Below are positions 61,572 to 64,000 of a stretch of DNA of 64,000 nt, piece by piece. How positions within the stretch are numbered: position 1 is the first letter of the stretch; each line of letters begins with the position of its first letter. Source of the stretch: Selaginella moellendorffii (taxonomy: Eukaryota > Plantae > Lycopodiophyta); the NCBI RefSeq assembly GCF_000143415.4, contig NW_003314266.1, positions 60,452-124,451 on the forward strand, read 5' to 3'. The notes beneath the pieces are model-generated. The model worked only from the letters and a program-made list of their open reading frames with translations, was not told where the DNA came from and did no database searches. Position numbers and translations under genes: made by a program.

Positions 61572-64000
61572 ATGTTGTCCTCTTCGCAAACGTATGGGCA
61601 GCTAGGGACGATGATGCACCGCCCTACTCCTCAGCGTCCACAGCCCAATCATGGTAAGCAAAGGTTTTAAAGCTCGCCATTGACGGGGAGATAGAGATCT
61701 CTCCCGTGAGCGTTTATAAATCCCGTCAAGTTTTAAAGCTTGTCTGCCTAACACCTCTCTCCCCTTTTCTCCTCGCAGGAAACACTAATGCACTAGACTC
61801 GGAGGTATGGCATGCATGCGCAGGGCCACTTGTGTGCCTCCCCCGTGTAGGAGATCGGGTGGTTTATTTCCCTCAGGGTCACATAGAACAGGTGCACCAT
61901 TGTTTGGTAGGCTCAGAGGACGCGCACTAAAGTCTTGATGATTGTTTTGCAGGTAGCGGCATCCACAAATCAGAGCGCGGATATGCAAATGCCGCATTAC
62001 AATCTCCCCTCCCAGATTTACTGCCGACTTCTAAACTTAACGCTGGGAGTAAGTTGGTCACCCTGGTCTTCCGGTTTCACGTTCTGATCGATCTTCTTCT
62101 TCTTTCTCCTCGTAGGCGGACCGTGAGACTGACGAGGTTTTTGCTCAGATGACACTAGTTCCCGAGAACGAGGTAGTTTTCCATGGTTTCAAAGCCGGTT
62201 GCTTACGAATTCCTTACAGCAAGGAGATCAGTCGATTGATACCGAAGATGAGCTATCACCGTGTCCAAAGAGGAAGCTGTCCATGTTCTGCAAGAACTTG
62301 ACGTCCTCGGACACAAGCACGCACGGAGGGTTTTCGGTGCCACGGAGGGCAGCGGAGGAGTGCCTACCTCCTCTAGTAAGCTCGAACTGTCTACTCGGTG
62401 CTTACTGACCACCTGGTTCCCTTTTCAGGATTATCAGCAGTCGCCTCCAGCTCAGGAGCTGGTGGCCAAGGACTTGCACGGTGTGGAATGGAAATTCAGG
62501 CACATCTACCGAGGACAGCCAAGGAGGCATTTGCTTACCACCGGCTGGAGCGTGTTCGTCAGCCAGAAGAAACTTGTAGCTGGCGACGCAGTGCTCTTCC
62601 TGAGGTATGCATTGTATCAGGCCATGATGTCTGGCTCTGACTGACATGGTCGTGTGCAGGGGAGACAATGGAGAGCTACGGATTGGAGTTCGGCGTGCCG
62701 TAAGGCAGCAAAACAGCGTTACATCGTCATCCTTGTTATCCAGCCATAGCATGCACTTGGGTGTTCTTGCTGCAGCCGCCCATGCAGTTTCAACAAAGAC
62801 TATGTTCACGATCTTCTACAACCCACGGTTTGTTGATGAAAATCGACTCGACTGAACAGACATCTCACTTGTTTTCTATATGCAGAGCAAGTCCTGCGGA
62901 GTTCGTTGTCCCTTACCACAAGTATGTCAAGGCTTTTACTCACAACTTGTCTGTCGGGATGCGATTTAAGATGAGGTTCGAAACGGAGGAGTCATCCGAG
63001 CGACGGTAAGCTGTCACTTTTCCATATGACACATTGATGGACGATATTTTGTTCTAGATATATGGGAACTATAACTGGGGTGGGAGATATCGACTCGGAT
63101 AGATGGATCAACTCCAAGTGGCGATGTTTGCAGGTATGCTTGAATTTAGCTCGCAGCTAGATACTTACATCGGAGTTATACAGGTTGGCTGGGATGAGCA
63201 GACCGCAAACGAAAGACAGGAGAGAGTATCGCCATGGGAAATCGAGCCGTTTATAGCACCCAACGTTGCCAACCCTCCTACCACGCAAAGGGTGAAAAAG
63301 TTCCGGCCAAACACTCCAGCCAACGAATTTCCGACAGGCAAGAACAACTCAGATTCTGCCCAAGCGATGCATATGAGGGCCTTGCAAGGAAGTCATGCGC
63401 TGGGTATGCCCTCCAAAGAGGAGGAAGGACTCCGAGGATCGTCCCCGTTTGCTGTTTGGCCATACAACCGAGACGATCTTAAAGGTGAAAGCTGGATACA
63501 GTTGCGGACGGCAGATGCACCAGTGATGGATATGTTCGGAAATATTATTGCCCCCGCTGGACGGCATATGGATTCCAGCAACGTTGAGATGCACCAGCAG
63601 CTGAGGCATTGTCTGCAGCAGCTAAGGGACCAGAAGAGCTGCCACTTCGACGCAAGCAATTCTCAGGTGCAACTGAGCCCGAGGCTATCATCTTTCTCAC
63701 CGTATCAGCAAGGTGACGCTGCAGACCTGCACCTTTCTACACCGAGGCCGACAAACCACGGCGTGGTGCGGGATAGTTCTTGGCTCTCACCTCTGGGGCC
63801 AACACAAACAGATGCACAGGCCTACGTTGCAGCAGACACGACGCTATCTATGCAGTTTTCAAAGTCGGAAATGACGACCGAGCGCATGCATATAGATTCC
63901 AACCCAGATCACGAACCCCGCGAGCACAGCTGCAAGATATTCGGCTTCTCTCTGATCGAAAAGTCGCCGCCAGCGGCCAGCAGGAACCCCGAGGAGGCGA
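61572..64000 (+). CDS. ARF: Class B auxin response factor (ARF2/3/4 type); 3' end outside window
   Basis: [12 protein letters not shown]3 domain [37 protein letters not shown] domain RVSPWEIEP and repression motif CKIFGFSL. Confidence 0.95.

Overview
Gene-dense land-plant nuclear DNA with very short GT-AG introns (about 45-60 nt) and telo-box promoters. This fits a lycophyte such as Selaginella moellendorffii, but the species is an inference. About 22 recognisable genes are present: an At4g10930-like PHD/RING protein (3' part), a small plastid protein, SINE-type KASH protein, RAD23, PII, two Cactin copies, FAD4, ELIP, AVT6 transporter, mitochondrial AspAT, two SRPBCC/polyketide-cyclase genes, Trx h, two nsLTPs, MED23, an F-box/LRR gene, REX1-B, TMEM209/PNET1, KAS I and a class B ARF (5' part). 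Two accessory zones interrupt them. The first (about 10.7-28.3 kb) is a rearranged cluster of F-box pseudogenes, a Copia-gag inverted repeat and an orphan gene family. The second (about 48.1-53.9 kb) is AT-rich Ty3/Gypsy debris holding stranded LRR-RLK exons. Main finding: the intronless ORF at 16475-17815 (+) and a spliced gene I reconstructed at 22349-24287 (-) are divergent homologues along most of their length. Their motif order suggests a PD-(D/E)xK restriction-endonuclease-like fold, and two further relic copies lie nearby. I found no rRNA, tRNA or CRISPR array. All exon models and alignments were done by eye.
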